Origin: a candidate division WOR-3 bacterium
GTDB taxonomy: Bacteria; Hydrothermota; Tepidihabitantia; Tepidihabitantales; Tepidihabitantaceae
Direction: 5' to 3'
NCBI GenBank assembly: GCA_965649225.1
Contig: CBFGJX010000002.1
Location: 114,477 to 178,476 of the forward strand
DNA: 64,000 nt
Shown here: in pieces, positions 11,101-19,401 of the stretch
Numbering within the stretch: position 1 is the stretch's first letter
How the letters are laid out: every line of letters starts with the position of its first letter
Notes under the pieces: generated by a model
The model's input: only the letters and a program-made list of their open reading frames with translations
What the model was told of the DNA's origin: nothing
Databases searched by the model: none
Made by a program: the position numbers and the translations under genes

Positions 11101-11400
11101 GGTGTCCTCAACGAACTCCACCCGTAGACACAAAACCTTCACAGTATCCGGCGACCCGGAACGAAGTCGCTCAACTCGTTCAATGTCCTGCTGGAGCATT
11201 CTTCTCCGGAATCGTTCGAACGGCGGTTGCTTCCGTTCGAACATTGTGTAATTCTGCGCGAAGCGCGCCGCCTGTCGACCGGCTCCTGCCAAATGATTCC
11301 CTGCGTCACGAGTCAGACTTATCCGCCTTGCGGTGGCCGGAGTATACCAAGCAAGAAAAATCAAGCCCAGACGCAGAAGGATACTGAATCTAATCTTCGT
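8149..11400 (-). CDS. Secreted M6-family (immune inhibitor A-like) metalloprotease with FG-GAP repeats and T9SS-type CTD
   Basis: HEFAHLLGAYDLYD zinc motif, WSLMGYG Met-turn, EYFLIENRQ, repeated AD(L/I/V)DGDG, C-terminal YVYPNP...PGLYVL; start inferred at ACG 11400 (ORF track gives TTG 11364). Confidence 0.88.
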   Translation of the reverse strand, partial: TKIRFSILLRLGLIFLAWYTPATARRISLTRDAGNHLAGAGRQAARFAQNYTMFERKQPPFERFRRRMLQQDIERVERLRSGSPDTVKVLCLRVEFVEDTTPLTTGNGKMDTFGFLAPDSGLFYDPPHFKRYFERQMEGLRNYYLAQSLGRLYIDFTVMPEGEKDCYQLPRDMVFYGDTTSYEAIELGLVRLMRDAFKVADDDPAVRFADYDEFIIFHAGSGLQSDFGLARNSPFDLMAGEIPAGAIQAYLGEPWILVDSGRTRIEQATVLPEMMRQDTMYNGQTNLLGMVGLAGTLAHEFAHLLGAYDLYDVTGVTMGVGGWSLMGYGGWLGDYAAGAPPGVLPGFLDAFHRVHLGFVTPLDIVTPRDSVPVYAAQMDSTAFGIRSDTAMPTVLRIPINADEYFLIENRQVDVIGPDTIDVDVEDGVVVAVAGNEYDFFQPGSGLLVWHCDRRIIGDYGPYNAINIFPERKGVDLEEADGVQDFDVPYWSGRDYEYEIYGYKFDAFCRNGYNAAFTGSTNPNTDGYTGKTQLHVAILAQQDTTGRLKDTVITVRVGWDFYQPGFPKDGAAAPFLSACAVDLDGNDSLEIVVADTTGRVYVWRADGRPYSPRWPGAVTGATASPPAVGDVNGDTRPEIVVVNKLGRVRVYPDTGGAALSVMATGDRILSAPVLADIDGDGAREIIVGSTDMRLYAWHGNGQPVAGFPVSLGTEVRAPVAVTDTTCGRIVVVTGDSRVFLVNPDGSIADGYPVALGVSPFYAVAQPLVGDFRRDGGRQIAVIGAGSYDYLVNLLSLDGRLLSRSREVIPHPFNGTPAAADVDGDGFLDLVCAAGNQLLAFNSNGCVVSGYPKRQDSTYTVQELAGNWIISYEVPFVFLSSPVLADLDGNGTVELVVGSPQYGVIAIDSRTGRRLEWFPLMTSAAVNAVPLVADLDSDGDVEVVAGTESGDFYVWDLPGPSTGVRWSGAYRDPCHTGLLRQSDLPGPPAPTAELVSSFYVYPNPAERVAYARYRLGSTSVTATLEILNLAGEAVVSSIQSGAEPGLENETAIALSAIPPGLYVLRLTVSANDRREVKFAKLAVSR

Positions 11401-11458
11401 AATGCTCTCCTACCGTCTTACGGACACTCAAGGATCTAGCGATAGTCTTTGTCGTCAC

Positions 11459-11575
11459 GGGCCAGCGCAAATTGCCTGTTGGAATGAAGCAAGAATGGTT
11501 GCCCCTGAGCATCGCGACCGGAGGCGACGGTCGGATCGGCACTCGCCGAACCGCTGAGGCGATTTGCCACCACCC
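11459..11575. ncRNA. Candidate structured RNA between tRNA-Ser and the M6 protease gene
   Basis: 11-bp closing stem 11467-11477/11557-11567 enclosing hairpins at 11515-11533 and 11536-11549; family not recognised. Confidence 0.3.
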
Positions 11576-11586
11576 AAAAGGAAGAA

Positions 11587-11673
11587 CGGAGAGAGAGGGA
11601 TTTGAACCCCCGATACCCATAAGGGTATACGTGATTTCGAGTCACGCGCCATCGTCCACTCGGCCATCTCTCC
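11587..11673 (-). tRNA. tRNA-Ser (CGA)
   Basis: GGAGAGATGGCCGAGTGG...GACT-CGA-AATC, long variable arm, GGTTCAAATCC, acceptor CTCTCC-G; CCA not encoded. Confidence 0.95.
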
Positions 11674-11686
11674 GTCAGTTCCACTG

Positions 11687-12169
11687 CTATTCGTGGGCCC
11701 GAGCCGTCCGGCGGGCACGAAAAAAACCTCGCAGCAACTTCGCGGACTGTTCGGCTAAGACTCCACTGACAACTTCGAAACGGTGATTGAAACGACTGTC
11801 GGCCGCGATATCGTATCGCGACCCCAGACAGCCAAATTTGGGATCCTTAGCTGCAAAAACAACCCGGGCCGGCCTTGCCAGAACGAGAGCACCCGTACAC
11901 ATCAAGCAGGGCTCCAAAGTAACATAAACGGTGGCGTCAGCAAGACGCCAGTTTCCGATTGTCGTCGCCGCCGCGCTCAGGGCGATCATCTCGGCATGGG
12001 CGGTCGGGTCCCGCAGGAGCTCGGTCTGATTCCGCCCCCGCCCAATCACTCTCCCTTCCCGCACGACCACACAACCAACCGGCACCTCCCCTTCGGCTGC
12101 GGCCGTTTCGGCCTCACGTAGAGCCTGTGCCATCCAGTTCTCATCAAACGAAAGGGAGACCTGCTTCAA
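11687..12169 (-). CDS. tadA: tRNA adenosine(34) deaminase
   Basis: GEVPVG, DPTAHAE, YVTLEPCLMC, DPKFG, FNH; ORF-track start lies inside tRNA-Arg, so the start is TTG 12169 or ATG 12133. Confidence 0.93.
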   Translation of the reverse strand: MKQVSLSFDENWMAQALREAETAAAEGEVPVGCVVVREGRVIGRGRNQTELLRDPTAHAEMIALSAAATTIGNWRLADATVYVTLEPCLMCTGALVLARPARVVFAAKDPKFGCLGSRYDIAADSRFNHRFEVVSGVLAEQSAKLLRGFFRARRTARAHE

Positions 12170-12170
12170 A

Positions 12171-12244
12171 CGCGCCCGGCGCGACTCGAACGCGCAACCT
12201 ACGGATTCGTAGTCCGGCACTCTATCCAATTGAGCTACGGGCGC
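12171..12244 (-). tRNA. tRNA-Arg (ACG)
   Basis: GCGCCCGTAGCTCAATTGGATAGAGTGCCGGACT-ACG-AATCCG...GCGCGTTCGAGTCGCGCCGGGCGC-G; CCA not encoded. Confidence 0.95.
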
Positions 12245-12259
12245 GTGCCCGAACAGGGA

Positions 12260-12288
12260 ATTCTATGATCTCCGCGTCCGAGAGTCAA
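12260..12288 (-). promoter_or_regulatory. sigma70-type promoter of tRNA-Arg/tadA/tRNA-Ser
   Basis: TTGACT (12288-12283), 17 nt, TAGAAT (12265-12260). Confidence 0.7.
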
Positions 12289-12307
12289 GCCGGCGTCGCT
12301 GGCCCGC

Positions 12308-12826
12308 CTAACGCACGGTCTCGCCTAGGATTCGCTGTGTCTCGCCCCCACCCTCGACGAACTTGAGCCATGAACGACCGTAAGCATCCAAAATGTTCTT
12401 GAAGACGAACTCATAGAACGCCTCGGGAACGGCCAAGGCAGGGGTTCGTTGCACAACGAAACGATCGGGCCATCCCTCCAGCCCCACTTCAAATCCGTCG
12501 GCCGACGGCCTGACCAGCAGTCGCGCTATGACCATTTCGGGTCCTGTCTCGTACTGCTGGGCATCCCCGGTGTCACTAACCACAAGCCCGATATTGAAAT
12601 GCCACCCTTCGGACGAATGCCAAGTCACGTCCTTCGCCGTCCGTATCTTGATCGAGCTGCCCTCGCGGCTTCTAGGCATGAAGTAAAGGTGATACGCCGG
12701 GGTTTCAAGATATTTGCGGAGACCCTCAGCAACCAGTGTGGCAACCTCGCAACAGGCATCACGTTCCGTGAAAAACCTCAATTTGGCATCGGTGAGCGCG
12801 CGGCATATTTCGTCGAATCTAGTCAT
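12308..12826 (-). CDS. Hypothetical protein
   Basis: 172-aa ORF with GGAGGT SD and upstream TTGACT-16-TAGATT promoter (12889-12862); no family recognised. Confidence 0.7.
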   Translation of the reverse strand: MTRFDEICRALTDAKLRFFTERDACCEVATLVAEGLRKYLETPAYHLYFMPRSREGSSIKIRTAKDVTWHSSEGWHFNIGLVVSDTGDAQQYETGPEMVIARLLVRPSADGFEVGLEGWPDRFVVQRTPALAVPEAFYEFVFKNILDAYGRSWLKFVEGGGETQRILGETVR

Positions 12827-12952
12827 GGACGACCTCCGATTGCGGCCTTAATCACTCGTTTAATCTACACCAGTCGTGGAGCAAGTCAATTGGACTACGT
12901 ACTCTAACTTCAATTGTTTGACTGCCTGTCGCCCGCCAATATCATTCAACCG

Positions 12953-13789
12953 ATGGTATCAGCAGGTGACCACGTCCTGCTCTTTCACTCCGAGAAAATG
13001 CACTACCTGCTGCGCGTAGAGAATTCCGGGACGTTTTCTACTCACCGGGGCCAGATTGACCACCGCCAGCTTCTCGGTCGCCAATTCGGTGACGAAGTCA
13101 AGACTCATCTCGGCTTCAGCTTCTATCTGCTCAAGCCATCCGTCGCCGATCTGGCCCTGCGCGTGAAGCGACTCACGACCGTTGCCTACCCAAAGGATGT
13201 CGGTCCAATGCTCTTGGAAACCGGAATCGGACCGGGCTCGCGCGTTATAGAATGCGGCACCGGCTCCGGGGCATTGACCCTCATTCTTGCACACCTGGTA
13301 AGGCCCGGCGGCCGGGTGTACACATACGAACGCCGACCCGAGTTCTCGGCGAATGCCCGAAACAACATCATTCGACACGGACTGCACGACGTCTGCGAGT
13401 TCTACGTCCGCGACCCGGGCCAGGAGGGATTCGTCGAACGCGACGTCGAAGCCGTGATTCTGGACGTTCCCGAACCATGGACCCTGGTTACACCTGCGCG
13501 ACAGGCGCTACACGGCGGCTCGCCGCTGGTCGCAATTGTCCCGACATTCGAACAGCTTCGCCGTCTGACTTTGGCACTGCAATCAGACGGTTACGTCCGA
13601 ATCCGTTGCCGGGAAATACTTGAACGGCAGCTGCTGCTGCGCTCAACCGGCATTCGCCCGGCCGACCGGATGGTCGCCCACACCGTCTTCGTTGTGACGG
13701 CCAGCAAAGTCAATTCGCCATCGCCGGAGCCAACCAACAACTGCCCGCCATCAGATGAACAACATTCTACTTTCGATGACGATGTCTAG
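12953..13789 (+). CDS. trmI: tRNA (adenine-58-N1)-methyltransferase (TrmI/GCD14 family)
   Basis: YPKD, VIECGTGSGALT, VYTYERR, ILDVPEPW, RMVAHT; promoter TTGACT(12918)-16-TATCAT(12940). Confidence 0.9.
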   Translation: MVSAGDHVLLFHSEKMHYLLRVENSGTFSTHRGQIDHRQLLGRQFGDEVKTHLGFSFYLLKPSVADLALRVKRLTTVAYPKDVGPMLLETGIGPGSRVIECGTGSGALTLILAHLVRPGGRVYTYERRPEFSANARNNIIRHGLHDVCEFYVRDPGQEGFVERDVEAVILDVPEPWTLVTPARQALHGGSPLVAIVPTFEQLRRLTLALQSDGYVRIRCREILERQLLLRSTGIRPADRMVAHTVFVVTASKVNSPSPEPTNNCPPSDEQHSTFDDDV

Positions 13790-14693
13790 CCCCACCGAAG
13801 CACTTGCTAGCCTCTTGCTCACCATTGCACTGTGCCTCAACGGATGCCAGCCCTCACGGCCCGTTCGCGGCCAGCGGATAGTTTCGCTTGTTCCAAGCGT
13901 AACCGAAATTGTCTACGCCGTCGGGGCGGGGGCCGATCTTGTCGGCAACACCAACTCATGTGACTGGCCGGCGGCGGCTCGGTCGGTGCCAAAGGTTGGC
14001 GATTTCGCCAACCCGGACCCCGAGCGCATTATCAGCCTGAAACCAACGTTGGTCTTTTTGGCATTCCCGATTCACGCCCCCATGGCTGCCCAGCTGACCG
14101 AAGCCGGAATACGATGGTACGCCTCCCGGCCTGCAAGCCTTGAGGATGTTTTTGCCGAAATAGAAACTGTTGGTGCACTTGTAGGCAAACGCAGCCAGGC
14201 ACAAATGCTTGCAGCCAACCTTCGCAATCAGCTACGGGAAGTTGAACCGGTGGCCGACTCACCAACGGTGTATCTTGAGATAGCATCGAACCCACCCATG
14301 ACCGTGGGCGGAATGACGTTCATTAACGACCTCGTCGCCCATGCTGGTGGGCGCAACGTCTTCGCTAACGCCCTCCAAGAATTTCCGTTGGTTGACCAGG
14401 AACTCCTGATCAGACTGAATCCGCAAGTGATTCTGATCCTGCACCCACAGTCCAACGCGCAGGACGTCACCAAGAGGCTGGGCTGGTCACAGATTGACGC
14501 TGTCAGGAACGGCCGGGTATACGGCGATCTGAACGAGGACGTCATCTTCCGACCGGGTCCTCGAATTATCGAGGGTCTGCGCGAAATCCGGAAACTGCTC
14601 GCCAGCAGCCCTTTCACGGATGCCAACAGTTCAGCCGGTCATTTTCCCACATCGACCATCTCCAGCCCTGCATCTTCTGCATCGCCGAAGTAA
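13782..14693 (+). CDS. btuF: Cobalamin/iron-chelate ABC transporter substrate-binding lipoprotein (BtuF-like)
   Basis: Lipobox LNGC, RIVSLVPSVTEI, PDPERIISLKP, FRPGPRI; start 13755 or 13782. Confidence 0.8.
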   Translation: MSSPTEALASLLLTIALCLNGCQPSRPVRGQRIVSLVPSVTEIVYAVGAGADLVGNTNSCDWPAAARSVPKVGDFANPDPERIISLKPTLVFLAFPIHAPMAAQLTEAGIRWYASRPASLEDVFAEIETVGALVGKRSQAQMLAANLRNQLREVEPVADSPTVYLEIASNPPMTVGGMTFINDLVAHAGGRNVFANALQEFPLVDQELLIRLNPQVILILHPQSNAQDVTKRLGWSQIDAVRNGRVYGDLNEDVIFRPGPRIIEGLREIRKLLASSPFTDANSSAGHFPTSTISSPASSASPK

Positions 14694-14698
14694 CGACA

Positions 14699-15640
14699 AT
14701 GGAATCGAACCACCGACCAAGGTTTGCTTGGCCGGCTGCCTTGGCGTTCCTCGTCGTCGGTGTTGGAGCGAACCTGCTGATCGGCCCCGGCGGCCTCATC
14801 CCTCCCCACTGGCACATCCGGTTGACCCGGACAATTCTCGGCCTTGTCGCCGGCGGAACACTCGGTCTCGTTGGCGCGACTCTGCAAGGTGTTACCCGCA
14901 ACTCACTCGCCGACCCGTTTACACTTGGGGTTGCAAGCGGCGCAGCACTTGGTTCAGCACTCACCACGATCGTAACCGGACACTTCGGGCCACTGACCCT
15001 GCTGGGAGGCTTTGCCGGCGCCGCCGCGACCATGCTGCTCGTATATTTGCTTGCCCGGATACGTAACAGGGTTACCACAACCTCGCTGGTGCTTGCCGGA
15101 GTGACTGTCAGCTTCGTTCTCTCCAGCCTGACGATGCTCACATTTATTCTCAGTCGCCGTACGCTTGGCGAGGCGGTCTATGCCTTGATGGGACACCTCG
15201 GGTTCTTCTTCACCCGGACAACAGCTCTAATCTTCGGAGCCGGCTCACTGGCGATCTTGGCTGGTAGTCTCTGGCTGATTGGCCGGGCGCGCAGTCTGGA
15301 TATTGCCACACTCGACGATGACTCGGCAGAGTCGCTCGGGGAAGCAGTCAGCAGTCTGACAGTGAAAGTCTTTCTGATTACCTCAGCAATGGTTGGAATC
15401 GTCGTTTCCTTCACTGGAGCAATCAGCTTTGTCGGCCTCATCGTTCCGCATCTGGTCAGACTACTTCAAGGGCCAACGCACAAGGGTGTTCTGGCCGGGT
15501 CATTTCTGACCGGCGCCGCACTGTTGCTGCTGGCAGATGTTGCATCACGTCAGCTTGTGCCCGGCGGCATACCACTGTCGATAGTCACAACGATTGTTGG
15601 CGTACCATTCTTCGTCTGGCTCATGCGGCGCAGTATCTGA
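14699..15640 (+). CDS. btuC: FecCD/BtuC-family ABC permease
   Basis: IRLTR, LQGVTRNSLADPFTLGVASGA, GAISFVGLIVPHLVR. Confidence 0.85.
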   Translation: MESNHRPRFAWPAALAFLVVGVGANLLIGPGGLIPPHWHIRLTRTILGLVAGGTLGLVGATLQGVTRNSLADPFTLGVASGAALGSALTTIVTGHFGPLTLLGGFAGAAATMLLVYLLARIRNRVTTTSLVLAGVTVSFVLSSLTMLTFILSRRTLGEAVYALMGHLGFFFTRTTALIFGAGSLAILAGSLWLIGRARSLDIATLDDDSAESLGEAVSSLTVKVFLITSAMVGIVVSFTGAISFVGLIVPHLVRLLQGPTHKGVLAGSFLTGAALLLLADVASRQLVPGGIPLSIVTTIVGVPFFVWLMRRSI

Positions 15641-16419
15641 TGCTTCTGCTCGAGGGTATCTCTTTTGGCTACGGACGTTCCCGCATCATCCATGACCTTA
15701 CACTATCGGTCAAGAAAGGTGAGCTGGTCGGATTAGTCGGCCCTAACGGGGCTGGTAAATCCACCCTCTTGAAGCTGGCTGCTGGTATTGCCTGCTCCGA
15801 ACAGGGATCTGTACTGATCAACAACACTCCTGTCAGAAGTTTGAGTCGCATGGAAGCTGCACGTACCATCGCCTTGGTACCACAGAATCCGCAATTCAGC
15901 CTTGAATACAGCATCCGCGACGTAGTTCTGATGGGTCGTCATCCGCACCTGCCCGCTTTCGCTGACTACCCCAGCAGCGACCGCCGGCTCGTCGATCAGA
16001 TAATCTCAGAATTGCAGATAGCGAGTTTGTCCAATGAAAGCATCACCCGCGTTTCGGCTGGAGAACGCCAGCGAGCCGTCATCGCACGGGCACTGGCACA
16101 GCAGCCACAGTTGCTTCTGCTTGACGAACCGACCGCCCATCTTGACGTCGCCCACCAGCTGCTGGTCCTGTCAATACTCCGACGGCTCGCACGGGACGGC
16201 GGCACTGCAATCCTGATGTCATCGCACGACCTGAACCTAACTGGACTGTGGGTCGACAGAATCGTGCTATTGGATCGGGGACGCGTGGCCGCAGACGGCC
16301 CTCCGGCAGAAGTCATGACGGAAGGCACCCTGCAACAGGTCTATGGAACACCGGTTCTTGTCATCAAGCATCCGCAGACCCACCGACCGCAGATTGTACT
16401 CCCTGGCCCTGGGGACTAA
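15640..16419 (+). CDS. btuD: Cobalamin/iron-chelate ABC ATPase
   Basis: GPNGAGKS, SAGERQR, LLLDEPTAHLD; coupled to the permease (TGATG). Confidence 0.85.
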   Translation: MLLLEGISFGYGRSRIIHDLTLSVKKGELVGLVGPNGAGKSTLLKLAAGIACSEQGSVLINNTPVRSLSRMEAARTIALVPQNPQFSLEYSIRDVVLMGRHPHLPAFADYPSSDRRLVDQIISELQIASLSNESITRVSAGERQRAVIARALAQQPQLLLLDEPTAHLDVAHQLLVLSILRRLARDGGTAILMSSHDLNLTGLWVDRIVLLDRGRVAADGPPAEVMTEGTLQQVYGTPVLVIKHPQTHRPQIVLPGPGD

Positions 16420-16685
16420 CGGTTCCGACTGTCGCCCTCAAGAGCCGAATCAGCGCCGAAAACCAATAGCGCCAGCCGACGAGCAGAATCAGGATTGGCG
16501 ATTCTGGCTCTGACTTCGGCCCGTTGAGCGATTCGTCCCCTGATTGACTCGAGCTGACGCTGCAACCTGTGCACCTCTCGGCTTTGACGCCAGATCCTCA
16601 CCAGGCCACTCGGCCCGGCGAGAAAAACACCCACCAGTAACAATACTGCGGCCAAGGGGAGGAAAGACCAGATATGGTGTCGCAT
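16416..16685 (-). CDS. Septum formation initiator (FtsB/DivIC-like)
   Basis: One TM segment, GPSGL, then coiled coil; sits directly after eno as ftsB commonly does. Confidence 0.6.
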   Translation of the reverse strand: MRHHIWSFLPLAAVLLLVGVFLAGPSGLVRIWRQSREVHRLQRQLESIRGRIAQRAEVRARIANPDSARRLALLVFGADSALEGDSRNR

Positions 16686-16701
16686 CAGCCCGACATTCAG
16701 T

Positions 16702-17994
16702 TCAGCGCCGGATGCTTCTCAGCCCAGCGTACTCCAGCACATCGTCTTCTTCGATTCGGATCAGTCGGTTGTATTTTGCAACCCGCTCGGCCCGACAGGG
16801 CGCACCGGACTTCATCTGCCCGGAGTTCACCGCAACCGCAAGATCGGCGATGAAGTGGTCAACCGTATCGCCCGAGCGGTGTGATATCAAGGTACGATAG
16901 CCGTGGTCAGCAGCGAGGTAGACACAATCCAGCGTTTCGCTGATTGTCCCCACCTGATTCGGTTTGATCAGTATCGAGTTTGCCACCCCTTGCTGGATAC
17001 CCTGCCGAAGACGCTCGCTCTGGGTAACGAAAATATCGTCGCCGATCAGTTGGATCTGCTTTCCAAGTTTCTCGGTCATCATTGTCCAGCCGGCCCAATC
17101 GTCTTCAGCCAGCCCATCCTCAATTGTGACGATCGGATAACGCCTCACCCAGTCGGCATAGATATCAACCAGCTCTTCAGCAGTCAGACTCCGTGGAGTT
17201 GGAACTGTCAGTTTATACAACCGCGACTCCTTGTCGAAAAAGCTGCTGGCGGCGACGTCGAGCGCAAGAAAAACCTGTTCTCCCGGCTTGTAGCCGGCCT
17301 TTTCAATCGCCTGCAGAATCAACGTCAAAGGAGCTTCGTTATCTTCGAAATCAGGAGCAAATCCGCCTTCATCACCCACCGTTGTGGCAAGATTCTTAGC
17401 ACGAAGTATCAACCGCAGATGCTGGTAGGTTTCGGCTGCCGCCCGCAGTGCCTCACGGAAAGTGCCGAAACCAGCCGGAACCACCATGTACTCCTGAATA
17501 TCCAGGTTGTTTGATGCGTGAGCGCCACCGTTTATAATATTCAGATACGGCACCGGCAGGGTCTTGGTACCCGCTCCACCCAAGAAACGGTAGATACAGA
17601 TCCCAGCAGTAATCGAAGAAGCGCGACAGCAGGCCAGCGAGGCTCCCAGCGTTGCATTGGCCCCGATCTTTTCCTTGTTGTCGGAGTCGTCGAGCGCCTT
17701 CAGTTCCCGATCAATGCGATACTGGTTCGTTGCAACCATGCCAACCAGCCGCTCACGAATCACCGTATTGACGTGGCCGACCGCCTTCAGGACTCCCATT
17801 CCGAGATACCGGGCCGGGTCCTGATCTCTAAGTTCGAGCGCCTCAAACCGGCCTTTGGAAGCCCCGGAGGGAACGGATGCCCGCCCCATTGTGCCGTCAG
17901 AAAGCAGGCAATCAACCTCCAGCGTCGGATTGCCCCGCGAGTCAAGTATCTCCCTTGCCTCAATATTGGCTATTGTCGGCGACGCCATCGTCAT
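16702..17994 (-). CDS. eno: Enolase
   Basis: [40 protein letters not shown]. Confidence 0.97.
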   Translation of the reverse strand: MTMASPTIANIEAREILDSRGNPTLEVDCLLSDGTMGRASVPSGASKGRFEALELRDQDPARYLGMGVLKAVGHVNTVIRERLVGMVATNQYRIDRELKALDDSDNKEKIGANATLGASLACCRASSITAGICIYRFLGGAGTKTLPVPYLNIINGGAHASNNLDIQEYMVVPAGFGTFREALRAAAETYQHLRLILRAKNLATTVGDEGGFAPDFEDNEAPLTLILQAIEKAGYKPGEQVFLALDVAASSFFDKESRLYKLTVPTPRSLTAEELVDIYADWVRRYPIVTIEDGLAEDDWAGWTMMTEKLGKQIQLIGDDIFVTQSERLRQGIQQGVANSILIKPNQVGTISETLDCVYLAADHGYRTLISHRSGDTVDHFIADLAVAVNSGQMKSGAPCRAERVAKYNRLIRIEEDDVLEYAGLRSIRR

Positions 17995-19268
17995 TCTCCT
18001 CTGAGGCGATCGTACTCGCCCCTGCGCTCGGCATAAAGCGGAAAAGCCTCCACCAGTTCTCTTACCGCGCTCTTTACCTTTTCCAGCCGTTCAGCATCCT
18101 CACCGGCGCTGATAGCCTCATTTATCAACCGAGCGACTTCCTTCATCTGCGGTTCCTTCATTCCACGGGTCGTCAGTGCCGGAGTTCCCAACCGAATACC
18201 CGAGGCGATATAGGGCTTTTGGGGATCGAACGGAATCGTGTTGCGGTTAACGGTGATGCCGACCCTACCCAGCACCCGCTCGGCGTCACGACCAGTTATG
18301 TTCTTCGATCGCAAATCAACCGTCATCAGGTGATTGTCAGTACCACCCGAAACCAGCCGGAAACCAAGTTCCTGCAAAGCTGCCGCCAGTGCCTGTGCGT
18401 TGGCAAGCACCTGCCGCTGGTACTGCCGAAAATCCTCAGTCAAAGCCTCCTTGAAGGCAACAGCCTTTGCGGCGATGCAGTGCTCAAGCGGACCACCCTG
18501 AGTCCCGGGGAAAACGGTCTTGTCGATCTCCTCGGCGTACTTTGCTTTCCCCATGATGATAGCGCCGCGCGGGCCGCGCAGGGTCTTGTGAGTGGTCGTT
18601 GTTACGATGTCGGCGACCGGTACCGGCGAAGGATGCAATCCAGCAGCAACCAGCCCGGCGATGTGGGCGATATCCGCCAGTTGCGCCGCACCGACCTCGT
18701 CGCAGATCTCCTGAAACCGGCCAAAGTCAATCGTGCGCGGATATGCTGACGCGCCCGAGACGATTACCCGGGGTCGATGTTCAATTGCCAGCGCCCTGAT
18801 CTGGCCATAGTCAAACGTCTCGGTGTTCGGGTCGACGCCGTACTGAACTACCTTGAAGTAACGGCCGGAGAAGTTTATCGGGTGCCCGTGGGACAGATGA
18901 CCACCATGTGCCAGGTTAAGTCCGAGAATCGTGTCACCGGGCTTGGCCAGTACCAGATAGGCCGCGATGTTCGCCGATGTACCCGAATGCGGCTGAACAT
19001 TGACATGCTCACAGCCAAACAGGGCCTTGGCCCGCTCAATCGCCAGATTCTCGGCAATGTCAACGAAACGGCAGCCCCCATAGTAGCGCCTGCCGGGATA
19101 ACCCTCGGCGTATTTATTGGTGAGCACCGAACCGAGCGCAGCCAGCACGGCTTCGGAACAGAAATTCTCGGAAGCGATCAACTCGAGATGCGAATGCTGC
19201 CGGTTGGTTTCGCGAGCCACAGCATCAAAGACCTCCGGATCAACCACTTTGAGCGCATCAGGTTTCAT
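17991..19268 (-). CDS. glyA: Serine hydroxymethyltransferase
   Basis: [43 protein letters not shown]. Confidence 0.97.
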   Translation of the reverse strand: MKPDALKVVDPEVFDAVARETNRQHSHLELIASENFCSEAVLAALGSVLTNKYAEGYPGRRYYGGCRFVDIAENLAIERAKALFGCEHVNVQPHSGTSANIAAYLVLAKPGDTILGLNLAHGGHLSHGHPINFSGRYFKVVQYGVDPNTETFDYGQIRALAIEHRPRVIVSGASAYPRTIDFGRFQEICDEVGAAQLADIAHIAGLVAAGLHPSPVPVADIVTTTTHKTLRGPRGAIIMGKAKYAEEIDKTVFPGTQGGPLEHCIAAKAVAFKEALTEDFRQYQRQVLANAQALAAALQELGFRLVSGGTDNHLMTVDLRSKNITGRDAERVLGRVGITVNRNTIPFDPQKPYIASGIRLGTPALTTRGMKEPQMKEVARLINEAISAGEDAERLEKVKSAVRELVEAFPLYAERRGEYDRLRGE

Positions 19269-19356
19269 CAGCAGACCTCCTGGATTTCACGGCTATAACC
19301 AAAGTCGTGCTAAGGGTAATCCGTCGCAGTCGCAAGTCAATCCCTCAACAACGAGC

Positions 19357-19388
19357 TGCGGTGCGGGCAGAACCCTGCCCGCACCGCA
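19357..19388. terminator. Perfect 14-bp hairpin downstream of gdhA
   Basis: TGCGGTGCGGGCAG-AACC-CTGCCCGCACCGCA; no U-tract. Confidence 0.6.
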
Positions 19389-19401
19389 CTGATTGAAAGG
19401 G

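Noticed and set aside
11459..11575. SRP RNA or c-di-GMP-I riboswitch
   Set aside because: Lacks the SRP CAGG...GNRA...AGCAG motif; only fragments (GGCAAA, GCCTCCGG) resemble the riboswitch
11687..12229. ORF-track start of tadA at 12229
   Set aside because: It lies inside tRNA-Arg
13700..13790. Cobalamin riboswitch before the btuFCD-like genes
   Set aside because: No intergenic space; btuF overlaps the trmI 3' end and no B12-box was seen
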